Assembly (NCBI GenBank): GCA_038246645.1
Contig: JBBRVS010000003.1
Coordinates: forward strand, 4,569-68,568
DNA from: Pyrinomonadales bacterium
GTDB lineage: Bacteria > Acidobacteriota > Blastocatellia > Pyrinomonadales > Pyrinomonadaceae
Length of the DNA stretch: 64,000 nucleotides
Direction: 5' to 3'
The notes under the pieces were generated by a model. The model saw only the letters and a list, made by a program, of their open reading frames with translations. It had not been told where the DNA came from and did not search any database. Positions 18,532 through 28,383 of this stretch are shown here, in pieces (positions within the stretch are counted from its first letter, which is position 1; every line of letters starts with the position of its first letter). Made by a program: the position numbers and the translations under genes.

Positions 18532-20190
18532 TTATTGATTATTTCCGCCGCTGTTAGTATTTGTATTTTCTTCCGCACCGTTTATCGGCATTTCTGAATT
18601 TGCTCTTGCTTTTTTCAGCTCGTCGGAAAACATTTTTTGCGCGTTCGGGTTTTCAATAATGGCAAGATAAGCGGCAATATCGTTGGCTATAACATCCGCA
18701 TTTGCAAAGTCGGTTTCGTCTAATTTGTTTCTTGCTTCTTCAAATGCTTTTTTAGCTTCAGGATATTTTTCGGTCAGCATATAGGCGCGCCCCAAAAGAA
18801 AATAATCTTCGGCATCGCGCGGAGTTGTTGCATTTTTTGCAATGAAATCAGCCGGATTATCATCGAGACTTCGCCTCAAATTTTCTAATGAAGACATTGA
18901 AATATCTTCAGTTTTATCAGGCGGCGGCGGAACAACGGCGGTTGGGACGGCTGTTTGCATAAAAATCCAAATCGCGCCCGCGCCGATAATAAATCCGATA
19001 AAAAATGTAAAAAAACCGAACAGAAATTTACCCAAACCGCTGTTTTCTTCAACTTCGACAACCTGTTGATACGGCTTACTTTCATATTCCTTGACGGTCG
19101 GCGGCGAAGGTTGCGGAGCAATTTCAGCCGGTTGTTCAACAATTGGCGGCTGTTCGATTATTTCTTCGGGTTCGGTATAGGAAATGTCTTCCTGATATTC
19201 ATAGACCGGCTCGGATTCGTCTATTTCTTCCCGTACCGGATTGGAAAATTGATGTTCGGTAACTTCTAATTCGATTGGCGGAAGATTTTCCGAAACGGGC
19301 ATTGTTAATTGCTGCGTCGGAATTTCATCATCGAGTTCCAAAATATTGGAAGGTTCATTTGCCGCAGCCACAGGAGTTCGAGCCGAAGCAACCGTTGATT
19401 CTTCAATATCGTATCTGACGGGCGGTTGTCCGTTTCCGGCAACCATATTGGAAACTCTGGCAATGACGGCGGTTAAATTATCTTCCGCGCCGCGTTCATA
19501 GCAAATTTCCTTCATTTTTTGACAAAGCACTGAGGGACTGTCCTTAGAAACCAGTAATTCGCGCAGTTCAAAATCGTCAATATGGCGCGTAATGCCGTCC
19601 GAACAAATCAGAAACGTCGTGTTCGGGTCGAACATAATCGTTTTCATATCAACTTCGACAACGCTGTCTGCGCCGAGCGCGCGGGAAATTATATTTCGGC
19701 TCGGATGATTGGCGGCTTGGGCGACCGTCATCCGTCCGGCGCGAACTTCTTCTTCAACGACCGAATGATCGTTCGTTTCACGATAAAGATTTCCTTTTTC
19801 GTCCAGCCGATACAGCCTCGAATCACCGACGTGTCCGATTGTTCCGATGTTTCCCGATAGATGCAGGGCGACGACGGTAGTTGCCATTGTTGAAAGTTGC
19901 GGCAAATCTTGCGACATCTGATAAATTGCGGAATTAGCGCGTTCGATGGCAATTCTCATCAATTGTTCGGCATCTTCATTCGGTTTCAGATTATTAAACG
20001 CTTCGCCCAGGATTTCCATCGCCATCTGCGAAGCGACATCACCGGCTTGGGCGCCGCCAACTCCGTCAGCAACGGCAAAAAGCCCTTTCAAATTTAATTC
20101 TAAATATGAATCCTCGTTATTCGGACGTTTTTTGCTAAGTCCCCGGTCGGAAATAGAAGCCGAATCAATTTTAAAATTATTTTCCCTCAT
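18532..20190 (-). CDS. PP2C-family Ser/Thr phosphatase (PstP-like) with a TM helix and a TPR-like C-terminal domain
   Basis: PP2C motifs NEDSY, FAVADGVGG, GDSRLY, ICSDG and EDNLT. These are followed by an acidic/Pro-rich linker, a TM helix (FLFGFFTFFIGFIIGAGAIWIF) and a helical-repeat tail. Confidence 0.85.
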   Translation of the reverse strand: MRENNFKIDSASISDRGLSKKRPNNEDSYLELNLKGLFAVADGVGGAQAGDVASQMAMEILGEAFNNLKPNEDAEQLMRIAIERANSAIYQMSQDLPQLSTMATTVVALHLSGNIGTIGHVGDSRLYRLDEKGNLYRETNDHSVVEEEVRAGRMTVAQAANHPSRNIISRALGADSVVEVDMKTIMFDPNTTFLICSDGITRHIDDFELRELLVSKDSPSVLCQKMKEICYERGAEDNLTAVIARVSNMVAGNGQPPVRYDIEESTVASARTPVAAANEPSNILELDDEIPTQQLTMPVSENLPPIELEVTEHQFSNPVREEIDESEPVYEYQEDISYTEPEEIIEQPPIVEQPAEIAPQPSPPTVKEYESKPYQQVVEVEENSGLGKFLFGFFTFFIGFIIGAGAIWIFMQTAVPTAVVPPPPDKTEDISMSSLENLRRSLDDNPADFIAKNATTPRDAEDYFLLGRAYMLTEKYPEAKKAFEEARNKLDETDFANADVIANDIAAYLAIIENPNAQKMFSDELKKARANSEMPINGAEENTNTNSGGNNQ

Positions 20191-20318
20191 TTAAATTTCT
20201 CCGCAATTTATTTGAATTTATGTGAAAAACCCGTGTTACAGAATAGAACTTTAATGTTAGAAAACCAAATGTTTAACAGTTGTTTTTTGTAAATAATCCG
20301 GTCGGATTATTCAGAATT

Positions 20319-20465
20319 AGTGAAAAAGTGAAAGCGTGAAAATGTTAAAAAGTTTATTTTGTTTGATAAACAAACCTTTTCCGGTAAATTCCGTTTATTA
20401 AAAAAAACCGCAAACTGATAATATCAGACATTTTTCCACATTTTCACTTTTAAACTTTTTCACCG
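20319..20465. repeat. Octamer-arm palindromic element (family 1)
   Basis: The arms are AGTGAAAAAGTGAAAGCGTGAAAATGTTAAAAAGTTT and TTTTTCCACATTTTCACTTTTAAACTTTTTCACCG. The interior matches the reverse complement of the interior of the 43058-43207 copy. Confidence 0.75.
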
Positions 20466-20481
20466 TTAAACCAACCCCTAA

Positions 20482-22287
20482 TCACGAAACGTCGAATTCC
20501 CCGTTTGCCGGACTATTTTCCCTGTCAACCGCGTTGCGATGCGAAAAAGCCATGAGCATTCCGAGCATTACGAAACTCGTAATCAGAGAAAAACCGCCGT
20601 GGCTGACGAACGGCAGAGTGATTCCGGTCATCGGCAGAGCGCGTGTGATGCCGCCCATATTTACCAAAGCCTGAAATCCGATAAAAGCCGCTAAGCCGAC
20701 TGCGCAGAGTTTGCTGAACATATCACGCGCATCGAGTGCGGTTCTAACTCCTGCATTAACAAAGATTAACAGCGCAAAGATAATTAACAAACCGCCGAAA
20801 AGTCCGAGTTCTTCGGCAAGCGCGGCGTAAATATAATCGGAATCGGCAACCGGAATCAGTTCGACAAAACCCAGACCCAGACCTCTTCCGGTCGTTCCGC
20901 CCGAAGCCAAACCGAAGGTCGCCTGCGCCGGCTGAAACGCCAGAATATCAAACCACGCATCAATATTGATCGAGCGTTGAAGATTCGGATCTTCTTCGAG
21001 CATCTGCGGCAGATTCGGGTCTTTTTCGACAAGCTTTTTATAATAATTGTCGTAATCTGCTTTCCACCAGGAAGTTTCCGGTGTCGGCGGATTAAAGCCG
21101 TCGAGCCACAGATGAAAACGCTGCTGAATTCTGTTCGGCAAAACTGTTTTGACGGGTTTCGATAAAGTCGGCAGAAGCGGAATTTTTTCCTGCGTTTTAT
21201 CCGGCAAAGCCCCGACAACCAGAACGCTGACGAGCAAAGCAACACTTCCGACCAGAACAAATCTCTGCGGAAGCCGGCGCACCGCAATTAAAAAAAGCGT
21301 GGCATAAACCGAGCTGAAAACCATCATCTGCCCGAAATCCTTTAAAACGAAAAACGGAACAAACGGCAAAACCGCCATAAAGACAAGCGGAACGACATCT
21401 TTCGCCCGAGGTATACCCCAATATGTCCGCGCCAGATTTTTATACAGAACCGAGAGAATCGCCGCAAAGCCGATTAAAAACGGGATTTTAGACGGCTCCC
21501 ACGGAGTCATATTGCCGATGGATTTTCCTGCGCTCGAAGTGATCGCCGCGAGCAGGAGCGGCACGAGAGTCAGCAAGACGAGCAGAAATCCGTTTTTCTG
21601 CAAAAGATTTAAAACATCGTCGCGCCTCGTTAGAATCAATGCACCGATAAAACAGGCGATTGCCATTAAAGGAATAATCGTTTTGCCGGAAAGAAAAACG
21701 TCCGTTAAATCTTCATTCGCCGGACGCGGCGTTTCTGTCGAAAGATCAACCGGCGAAGGCGGTGTTGCGGGCAAACCCATCATTTGTTTCTTTTCCGCCG
21801 AATAATTCTCCTGAATATAATGCAATTGCAAAGTCTTGATTTTTGCCTGTCGCGCTTCGGCTTTATCCTTTCGCGAAGTGTATTCGGGATCGGAAAAAAG
21901 TCTGTATTGCACGGTTAAACCGATGGAAAAAAGCAAAACCGCCGAAGTGTAAAGTGTCCAATTTCCCTTATATTTCGCAAAACGCGCCAGAAAAACCGGC
22001 AAAAATGCCAGAATTAAAAGTAAAACGATATTTCGCCCGCCGGTCAGCCAGGAAGTTTCATAACCGCGAATCAATGCACCGTAATATACGGAATAATGCG
22101 CGATTGCCGTGATGACGGCAATTAAGATCAGAATCAAGAAATGTGTTGATGCGCGGCTTTTCATATAATTAAAGAATGCGGACTTGAGTGCAAGCGGCTC
22201 GCTTGCACTGTCGCAGAAGCGGCGGAATGGCGTTCGGTTAAAATGAAGTTTATTGCAATCATAGACTTTTTCGCGCTTTGCGCTCAT
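20482..22287 (-). CDS. SEDS-family peptidoglycan polymerase (RodA/FtsW) with enlarged loops
   Basis: Multi-TM protein. The SEDS signature is GGTTGRGLGLG...IPVADSDYIYAALAEELG, and the C-terminal motif is LPFVSHGGFS. An alternative start is the ATG at 22164 (MKSRASTHFLIL). Confidence 0.85.
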   Translation of the reverse strand: MSAKREKVYDCNKLHFNRTPFRRFCDSASEPLALKSAFFNYMKSRASTHFLILILIAVITAIAHYSVYYGALIRGYETSWLTGGRNIVLLLILAFLPVFLARFAKYKGNWTLYTSAVLLFSIGLTVQYRLFSDPEYTSRKDKAEARQAKIKTLQLHYIQENYSAEKKQMMGLPATPPSPVDLSTETPRPANEDLTDVFLSGKTIIPLMAIACFIGALILTRRDDVLNLLQKNGFLLVLLTLVPLLLAAITSSAGKSIGNMTPWEPSKIPFLIGFAAILSVLYKNLARTYWGIPRAKDVVPLVFMAVLPFVPFFVLKDFGQMMVFSSVYATLFLIAVRRLPQRFVLVGSVALLVSVLVVGALPDKTQEKIPLLPTLSKPVKTVLPNRIQQRFHLWLDGFNPPTPETSWWKADYDNYYKKLVEKDPNLPQMLEEDPNLQRSINIDAWFDILAFQPAQATFGLASGGTTGRGLGLGFVELIPVADSDYIYAALAEELGLFGGLLIIFALLIFVNAGVRTALDARDMFSKLCAVGLAAFIGFQALVNMGGITRALPMTGITLPFVSHGGFSLITSFVMLGMLMAFSHRNAVDRENSPANGEFDVS

Positions 22288-22320
22288 TGCAAACGGGTAC
22301 GCCCCGCGCTCAGGACATTT

Positions 22321-24219
22321 TTATCTCTTCGGTTTCGGCTTAGGTTTCGGCTTCGTTGCGACGGGTTTCTTTTTCGGCGTATATTTTTCGCCGAGAAGTC
22401 CGAGTTCGGCAGATTTCGTAACAATTCTGGCAGCAATCGGCGCGGAAATCGTTGCACCGTAACCGCCGCCTTCGACGACGACCGCAATTGCCACTTGCGG
22501 ATTTTCAAGCGGCGCGAATGAAATATACCAACTATCCGTTCTTTCATACATTTGCGGCACTTTATATTCTTCAAATTCACCGTTTTCTTTTTTGCGTTTT
22601 TTTGTAATTGTTTTTAGCAAACCGGTTTTTTGATCATAAACGGGCGCGAGCTTTTCCGCCGTTCCGGTTTTTCCGCCGGAACGAATTCCGGATTGGCGCA
22701 CATTTCCGAAAACTCTCGTCGCCGTTCCGCCCGACCCTTCCGTAACGAGTGCCATAATATCGCGAATCTGGGCGGCTTGCTGCGGCGTTAAAAGATTTGA
22801 AAAAACTTCCGGCGGCTGGCTCATTTCGATGCGCGGTTTCATCAGATTTCCCTGCAAATTTGCCGCTCCCGATGCCACCAGAGCCATTTGAAAAGGTGTC
22901 ATCTGTCCGGCATAGCCCTGCCCCATTCCTTCAAGCGCAAGATCGTAAGCCGATATATCGTTACCGGTTACAAGGGTTGACTGCTCCGGCGCAATCGCGT
23001 TTTTAATTAAATCGTTACTCGTGTTCCAAATGTCCGGGAAAAGTCTCGGCAAAAGAGCATCGGCGGGTGTTTCAACTGCTAGAATACCGAATTTTCCGGC
23101 GGTTTCGCTCATTCTTTCGCGTCCCAGGGCAACTGCCATCTGCGTAAAATATTGATTGCTCGATGCTTCAAAAGCCTGTGCGATGTTTAGAGTCGTGCAG
23201 CCGTACGGCGGTTCGCAGCCGCCGTTTGCATCGGTTATCGGACGCGAACCGCGAAAGGGGACAAAACCGCCGGGCAAACTCGTCAGTTGCGTGTTTTGTT
23301 TTCCGGCGCGAAATGCCGAAATCATCGTAAACGTCTTAAATGTCGAACCCGGCACGTAATATTCGCGCATCGCCCGATTCAAAAGCGGTTTATCACGTTT
23401 ATTTCCTTCGAGTTTCAGCCAATCATCGAGTGTTTGCGCTTCGCTCAGGTTAAAAGAAGGATTTGAATACATCGCCAAAACATCGCCGGTTTGCGGATTC
23501 AGAACGACGATCGCGCCTTTTTTCCCCTCAAGTTGCTGGGCGGCAAACGCCTGCAAATCGCGATCAATCGTGATTAGTACGTCGCGCTGTTCTTCTTCGG
23601 CTTTTTTGATTTTCGTTAAAACTTCCCAGGCTTCGGGCGTTGCATTTTCTCTTTTTTTGTAAATCGTCCGCTCCAACCCGGGCGAGCCGCGTTCCGTTCC
23701 TAAAAGATGCGCCATTTCCTTTTCCAGCGCGAACGAACGGTTGATATCGCCGTTTGAATCGAGTTTATAATAGGCGAGCGCACTGCCTAAATTTCCCGAA
23801 CGGTCGAGCATCCAGCCGCGCAGATTTGCCGCCATTATCCGGCGGTTTCGCAAATCTTTATAACTTACGGCTTGATATTGTTCGTTTGATTCATCGGCGA
23901 AATACGTCCAGTAAACGTGAAATCCATAGACGAAAAAAGCCAGAATGACAAAAACGAATTGCCAGATTCTCAAACTCCTGTTTGCCAGAGTTGTCGTCAG
24001 TTTTCTTTTGACTTCCTTCGGCAAATTTTGTTCAAAGGCGAATCTCTGGCGGTATCTGCCCCAAAATGAAATGAGCAGAAAAATTATTAAAAGGGCGGCG
24101 GCAATCAGATAAACCATTGTCAAACCCGCCGGAGTTCGTTCGAGAATCTGCCTGCCGAAAAGATTTTCGGGGCGAAGTTTTTCCCAATCAATTTGTAAGA
24201 GAAATAAAAGAATTGTCAT
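22321..24219 (-). CDS. Class B penicillin-binding protein (PBP2/PbpA-type transpeptidase)
   Basis: N-terminal TM helix, SxxK motif PGSTFK, SxN motif SSN and KTG motif GGKTGTA. The tail is KPKPKPKPKR. Confidence 0.85.
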   Translation of the reverse strand: MTILLFLLQIDWEKLRPENLFGRQILERTPAGLTMVYLIAAALLIIFLLISFWGRYRQRFAFEQNLPKEVKRKLTTTLANRSLRIWQFVFVILAFFVYGFHVYWTYFADESNEQYQAVSYKDLRNRRIMAANLRGWMLDRSGNLGSALAYYKLDSNGDINRSFALEKEMAHLLGTERGSPGLERTIYKKRENATPEAWEVLTKIKKAEEEQRDVLITIDRDLQAFAAQQLEGKKGAIVVLNPQTGDVLAMYSNPSFNLSEAQTLDDWLKLEGNKRDKPLLNRAMREYYVPGSTFKTFTMISAFRAGKQNTQLTSLPGGFVPFRGSRPITDANGGCEPPYGCTTLNIAQAFEASSNQYFTQMAVALGRERMSETAGKFGILAVETPADALLPRLFPDIWNTSNDLIKNAIAPEQSTLVTGNDISAYDLALEGMGQGYAGQMTPFQMALVASGAANLQGNLMKPRIEMSQPPEVFSNLLTPQQAAQIRDIMALVTEGSGGTATRVFGNVRQSGIRSGGKTGTAEKLAPVYDQKTGLLKTITKKRKKENGEFEEYKVPQMYERTDSWYISFAPLENPQVAIAVVVEGGGYGATISAPIAARIVTKSAELGLLGEKYTPKKKPVATKPKPKPKPKR

Positions 24220-24240
24220 CCTTTAATCGTCCTTTGAATT

Positions 24241-25359
24241 TTAACCCGGCTTTTTGTCGCCGAAATCCAGAATAATTCCGGGTTGTGTCGGTTTCGCCTC
24301 AGCAGTTTCGTTTAATTCTTGTTTTTCAAAATTTACCGATTCGGGAAAATTCTCTTCAGTAAAATTTACGGAATCGGTAAATTCTCGTTTTTCATCCGAA
24401 GTTTTGAAAACCTCGGAAATTCCGGGAATATTTTCACTTGAAAATATTTCGGTCGTCGCAAAATTTTCTTTTTCCGTTTCGCCGGTATTCAACAATTCCG
24501 GTTCAACTTCTTCGATTTCAACAACTTCCGGCTCTCGTGGGATATGTTCGAGCGAAACTTCGATTGTTCCGAATTTCAAGGAATCGCCGCCGCCGACCGT
24601 AAATGCTCTGCCGTAAGCTATACGTTCACCATTGATGAAAGTTCCGTTGGTCGAACCCGTATCGGCAAGCATCAATTTGCTTTGACTGTTAAAAACAAAA
24701 GCCGCGTGAACTTTGGAAACACTTGTATCATCAAGCATTAGATCGTTTTCCTTCGTTCTGCCGACGCTTTTGCGTTCGCCTAAACCGAATTTAAATTCGA
24801 TTTCTTTGTGTTTTCCGTTCAAATTAAATCCGACAACAAAAACTTCTTTTTCCGGTTCAACGGGTTTTTCCGCTGCCGGAATTAAATCCTTAACCTTCAA
24901 ATCCGGCAAAGTTACATTGACGGCAACCTCGCGTTCTTCTTTATCGAATTTCTCAAAACTCGCCAGAAGTTTTACGCCTTCGGTAAAATAATCAGGCTTA
25001 ATTTCGATGTTGATCGGCGCGTAAGTGTAATATCGTTTATCATTTATGTGATCAATGGCGGCAATATGAAGTTCGTTCTTAAGCAGTCCGACGGCTTTTT
25101 CCGAATCGGTTGAAAATTTGTCCCATTGCATTTTTAGTTTAATATTATGCGGCACGAACCGTCCGTCTTTGCCTAAATCCTTAACCTCTGCGTCCAGAAG
25201 CAGTTTTATTCTTTCAATCAATTCGCTGGTTGCCAGACTGCTCGAAGGCTTCCAATTTCTGCCGGTTAAACGATCAAATGTTTCGCCGACTTTTGTTAAA
25301 AGCCCTTTCAACAACCAGTCGATTGTAAATGTTTTTTTAATTGGTTTAATTTCGGACAT
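24241..25359 (-). CDS. FhaA-like protein (DUF3662-type N-domain plus FHA domain)
   Basis: N-terminal pattern SELIERIKLLLDAEVKD...PHNIKLKMQWDKF. FHA core is VGRTKENDLMLDDTSVSKVHAAFVF...LADTGSTNGTFINGERI. Confidence 0.8.
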   Translation of the reverse strand: MSEIKPIKKTFTIDWLLKGLLTKVGETFDRLTGRNWKPSSSLATSELIERIKLLLDAEVKDLGKDGRFVPHNIKLKMQWDKFSTDSEKAVGLLKNELHIAAIDHINDKRYYTYAPINIEIKPDYFTEGVKLLASFEKFDKEEREVAVNVTLPDLKVKDLIPAAEKPVEPEKEVFVVGFNLNGKHKEIEFKFGLGERKSVGRTKENDLMLDDTSVSKVHAAFVFNSQSKLMLADTGSTNGTFINGERIAYGRAFTVGGGDSLKFGTIEVSLEHIPREPEVVEIEEVEPELLNTGETEKENFATTEIFSSENIPGISEVFKTSDEKREFTDSVNFTEENFPESVNFEKQELNETAEAKPTQPGIILDFGDKKPG

Positions 25360-25468
25360 TTATATATTTAGTTTAAATACGGATTTATTCTATATAAAAA
25401 ACGATTTGAAATAAAGAATAACCTACCGACATTTAGTTTTGTAAACCTTTTACGAATTATTTTATTTG

Positions 25469-25497
25469 TTGACAATCTTTTTACATTGTTTTACAAT
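25469..25497 (+). promoter_or_regulatory. Consensus sigma-70-like promoter candidate upstream of the pilin-like operon
   Basis: TTGACA (25469-25474), an exactly 17-nt spacer, then TACAAT (25492-25497). It lies about 310 nt upstream of the first pilin-like ATG. Confidence 0.3.
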
Positions 25498-25805
25498 GTT
25501 TACTGGATTGTTCCTAAATTAATTTGAACTATCTAAATATATGAACAATTTGTTCAATATCAAGTTGATTAATCCAATCAACATTCTTTAAAGAAATTGA
25601 AAATTTTGTTAATTTCGGGCTACTGCATTACGAATCAAGTGAGTTACCGCCCGAAAATTTTCGGTAAAAGCAGCCGAAAAAGCGAATTTTCCCAAGGATA
25701 TACACTACTTTATAAAACCATAAATAAAACCCGATCTGAAACTTTAGATCAAAGGAATTATTTTCGTTAAGTTTTTATCTTATTTAAGTCTTGTTTAATA
25801 TATTT

Positions 25806-26495
25806 ATGTTTACTTCAAAAAATAATTCAGCCGCCGGATTTTCAATGATCGAGTTAATAATTGTGATTGTTGTAATTTCAATTATGACAGCTGTTTCAAT
25901 GCTTTATTTAAATAGCAGCCAAAGACTTTATAAGCCTGACTCTGAAGCATTAAAAATTATTGATATTTTCCAGGAAGCACGCCAGCGTTCATTAACCCAT
26001 CGCCGAACAATGCGTGTGGAAATCGATATGGATGATAAAGTCATCCGATTAATAAATGAAGAAGATCCCGCTACTGCCACTGATGATGCGCTGATCAGAA
26101 CGATGGCACTGCTGCCGGCGAGTGAAATAACGATAGATAAGCGACCTTTTAATATCACAGACAATCCGCCCGAACCGTTTCCTGCTCCGCACGCAAATTT
26201 CTATATCAGCTATTATCCAAACAGTGTCGGTCACAGAGTTTGCACAATCAGATTTCAAAGCACCGGCACGGTCGTCAATGCCGGTTCGGATGCAACCGGA
26301 ACGGGCGCAACGCCAACCGGTGTAGCATTATTTATTTGGGCTCCGGATCAGCAAACTGTCACTAATTCCGATATAGCCCGTGCTATTACAATTATCGGAA
26401 CGACCGGTTCCGTCCGGCTGTGGGAATATGATAAACAAGCTTCAACCGCCAACAAATGGAAGGATTCCCGCAGAACGAGCGGTTTTGGCGGGTAA
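25806..26495 (+). CDS. Minor pilin / pseudopilin, FimT/GspH-like
   Basis: Class III signal MFTSKNNSAAG|FSMIELIIVIVVISIM (G-1, F+1, E+5). A GspH-like segment follows (LKIIDIFQEARQRSLTHRRTMRVEID). Confidence 0.75.
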   Translation: MFTSKNNSAAGFSMIELIIVIVVISIMTAVSMLYLNSSQRLYKPDSEALKIIDIFQEARQRSLTHRRTMRVEIDMDDKVIRLINEEDPATATDDALIRTMALLPASEITIDKRPFNITDNPPEPFPAPHANFYISYYPNSVGHRVCTIRFQSTGTVVNAGSDATGTGATPTGVALFIWAPDQQTVTNSDIARAITIIGTTGSVRLWEYDKQASTANKWKDSRRTSGFGG

Positions 26496-26573
26496 ATTTC
26501 CGAAAAATGACTTTTTCTCTTTCTGTATCTTTCAACATAAAAATGGATTATTCCATATTTAAGACTAGAATTT

Positions 26574-27155
26574 ATGAACTATTTTCAAACCAAACAGGAA
26601 AAAAATGAACAAGGATTTTCTTATATTGATGTCATTATCGCGATAGTTATTCTGATGGTCGGCGTGCTGTCTCTAGCTTCGGCTTTGACCGCTAATTTAG
26701 CTCGCTCATATGAATCAGAGAAGAGAATTGTTTCAAAACAGATGGCTTTTTCGACAATTGAATCAATTATTTCCGCCCGTGATATTCAGCGAACCGGAGT
26801 TATCGAAGGATGGGATTCAATCGGAAGCGTCGGTTCGAATCCGGTTGACGGCGTTCCTCGCGGAATTTTCTTAACCGGCTGGACTCCTGTCAGAGAAAAT
26901 TTGGGAGCCGACGGAGTCGCGGGCACCGCCGATGATTCCTGTTCAGGAAACGGCGGCTGCCCCGGAACGCCTCCGAATACCGCTGTTCCTTTACCCAATT
27001 ATGAAAGGCAAATAACCATCGAAGATATTGAAGACCCGGAAAGACCGACTCCTCCGAATGACATTGCCCGGCGGAAGATTACTGTCAAAATACGTTTTAA
27101 GGTAAATGCCAAAAATCGCGAAGAAAGCATTTCGACAATGGTCGCCAAATACTAA
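26574..27155 (+). CDS. Minor pilin, PilV-like
   Basis: Signal ...KNEQG|FSYIDVIIAIVILMVGVLSLASAL. Position +5 is Asp rather than the usual Glu. Confidence 0.65.
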   Translation: MNYFQTKQEKNEQGFSYIDVIIAIVILMVGVLSLASALTANLARSYESEKRIVSKQMAFSTIESIISARDIQRTGVIEGWDSIGSVGSNPVDGVPRGIFLTGWTPVRENLGADGVAGTADDSCSGNGGCPGTPPNTAVPLPNYERQITIEDIEDPERPTPPNDIARRKITVKIRFKVNAKNREESISTMVAKY

Positions 27156-27168
27156 GGAGTTTTGAATA

Positions 27169-28308
27169 ATGAATCAAAATAAAGCTAATTCAACATATAA
27201 AAACGAAAACATCGATTCAAAATCCGAACTCGGCTTCAGTTTGATCGAAGTAATGATCACGATGGTGATTTTTGCAATTGTTACCGGATCGATCTGGGGG
27301 CTTCTACAGTTCGGAACATATGACCGGAATCGTTCAAGCCGCAATGCCGATGTGATGAAAAATGCCCGTTCAGCGATTCATCTGATCGGGCGCGACGCAT
27401 TAAACGCCGGACTTGGATATCATCAAAGCGGCGGAATTGTTAAAGATGATGCCCTGCCTGTCCTTCTCGGCATTCCGGTCGACTCAAATACGGATCGTGA
27501 TACTTTAACTTCGATTTTCGTCGGCAACAATGTTTTTACCAACAACTTACAGCCCGATACGACTATTAAAACCGATGCGATCACCTTCGCTTTTAGAGAT
27601 TATACCTTTAACAACGGAAATGCCGTGAGAGTAAATTCCCCAATTACCGGTGCCGGTGCGACAGCAGCCCGGGTATCTTCTAAAACCGGTGTGATTTACC
27701 ACAACGGGACAACGCCAATCGGGGGTAACAATAATTATGATCTGTATATTATCGAAGGCGACAGCTCTCAGGTAGCCGTAATGGCAACAGCCATTATAGA
27801 TAATAAAACGATAGATTTTGCTCCGGGTGATCCATTGGGATTAAATCAGGCGATGAACGGAACGGGAAATAACCGGAGTATGTTAAAACCCTGCTCCACC
27901 GGACAAACCGAAGACTGTACTACTTTTAATAATGCCTCGATGAAAAGATTTTCCTGGGTCAGCTACAAAGTTATGCCGGATGGAACTTTAATGAGAATCA
28001 TTTACGGGAATAATTACGGTAAGCTGGCGACCGAACAAAAACAGGAACAACCACTTGCCTACAATATCAAGGATTTCCAATTAAAATACGTGTTAAATGA
28101 CGGAACCGTAACAGACAATCCGGCTGCCGGACCTGATGGACTGATGAATACGGCGGACGACACCCCTGAAAATGTTAATTTAATTGCTCAAATTACAGTA
28201 TCTATTGAAGTATTAGCGTCCGAAGCTGATGAACAAACGCATACTCCGCAGTCAATTAAGCTGACTTCAACCTTTGGTGTTAGAAATTTGCAGTACGATG
28301 TCGGATAA
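27169..28308 (+). CDS. Minor pilin, PilW-like
   Basis: Signal ...SKSELG|FSLIEVMITMVIFAIVTGSIWGLL, followed by ARSAIHLIGRDALNAGLG, which resembles PilW. Confidence 0.65.
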   Translation: MNQNKANSTYKNENIDSKSELGFSLIEVMITMVIFAIVTGSIWGLLQFGTYDRNRSSRNADVMKNARSAIHLIGRDALNAGLGYHQSGGIVKDDALPVLLGIPVDSNTDRDTLTSIFVGNNVFTNNLQPDTTIKTDAITFAFRDYTFNNGNAVRVNSPITGAGATAARVSSKTGVIYHNGTTPIGGNNNYDLYIIEGDSSQVAVMATAIIDNKTIDFAPGDPLGLNQAMNGTGNNRSMLKPCSTGQTEDCTTFNNASMKRFSWVSYKVMPDGTLMRIIYGNNYGKLATEQKQEQPLAYNIKDFQLKYVLNDGTVTDNPAAGPDGLMNTADDTPENVNLIAQITVSIEVLASEADEQTHTPQSIKLTSTFGVRNLQYDVG

Positions 28309-28383
28309 AAATATATGGTGGTAAAAATAAAGATGAGAAAAATCCTAAGCTATTCAGCAAAATTATTTACAGGGACTTTTAAA

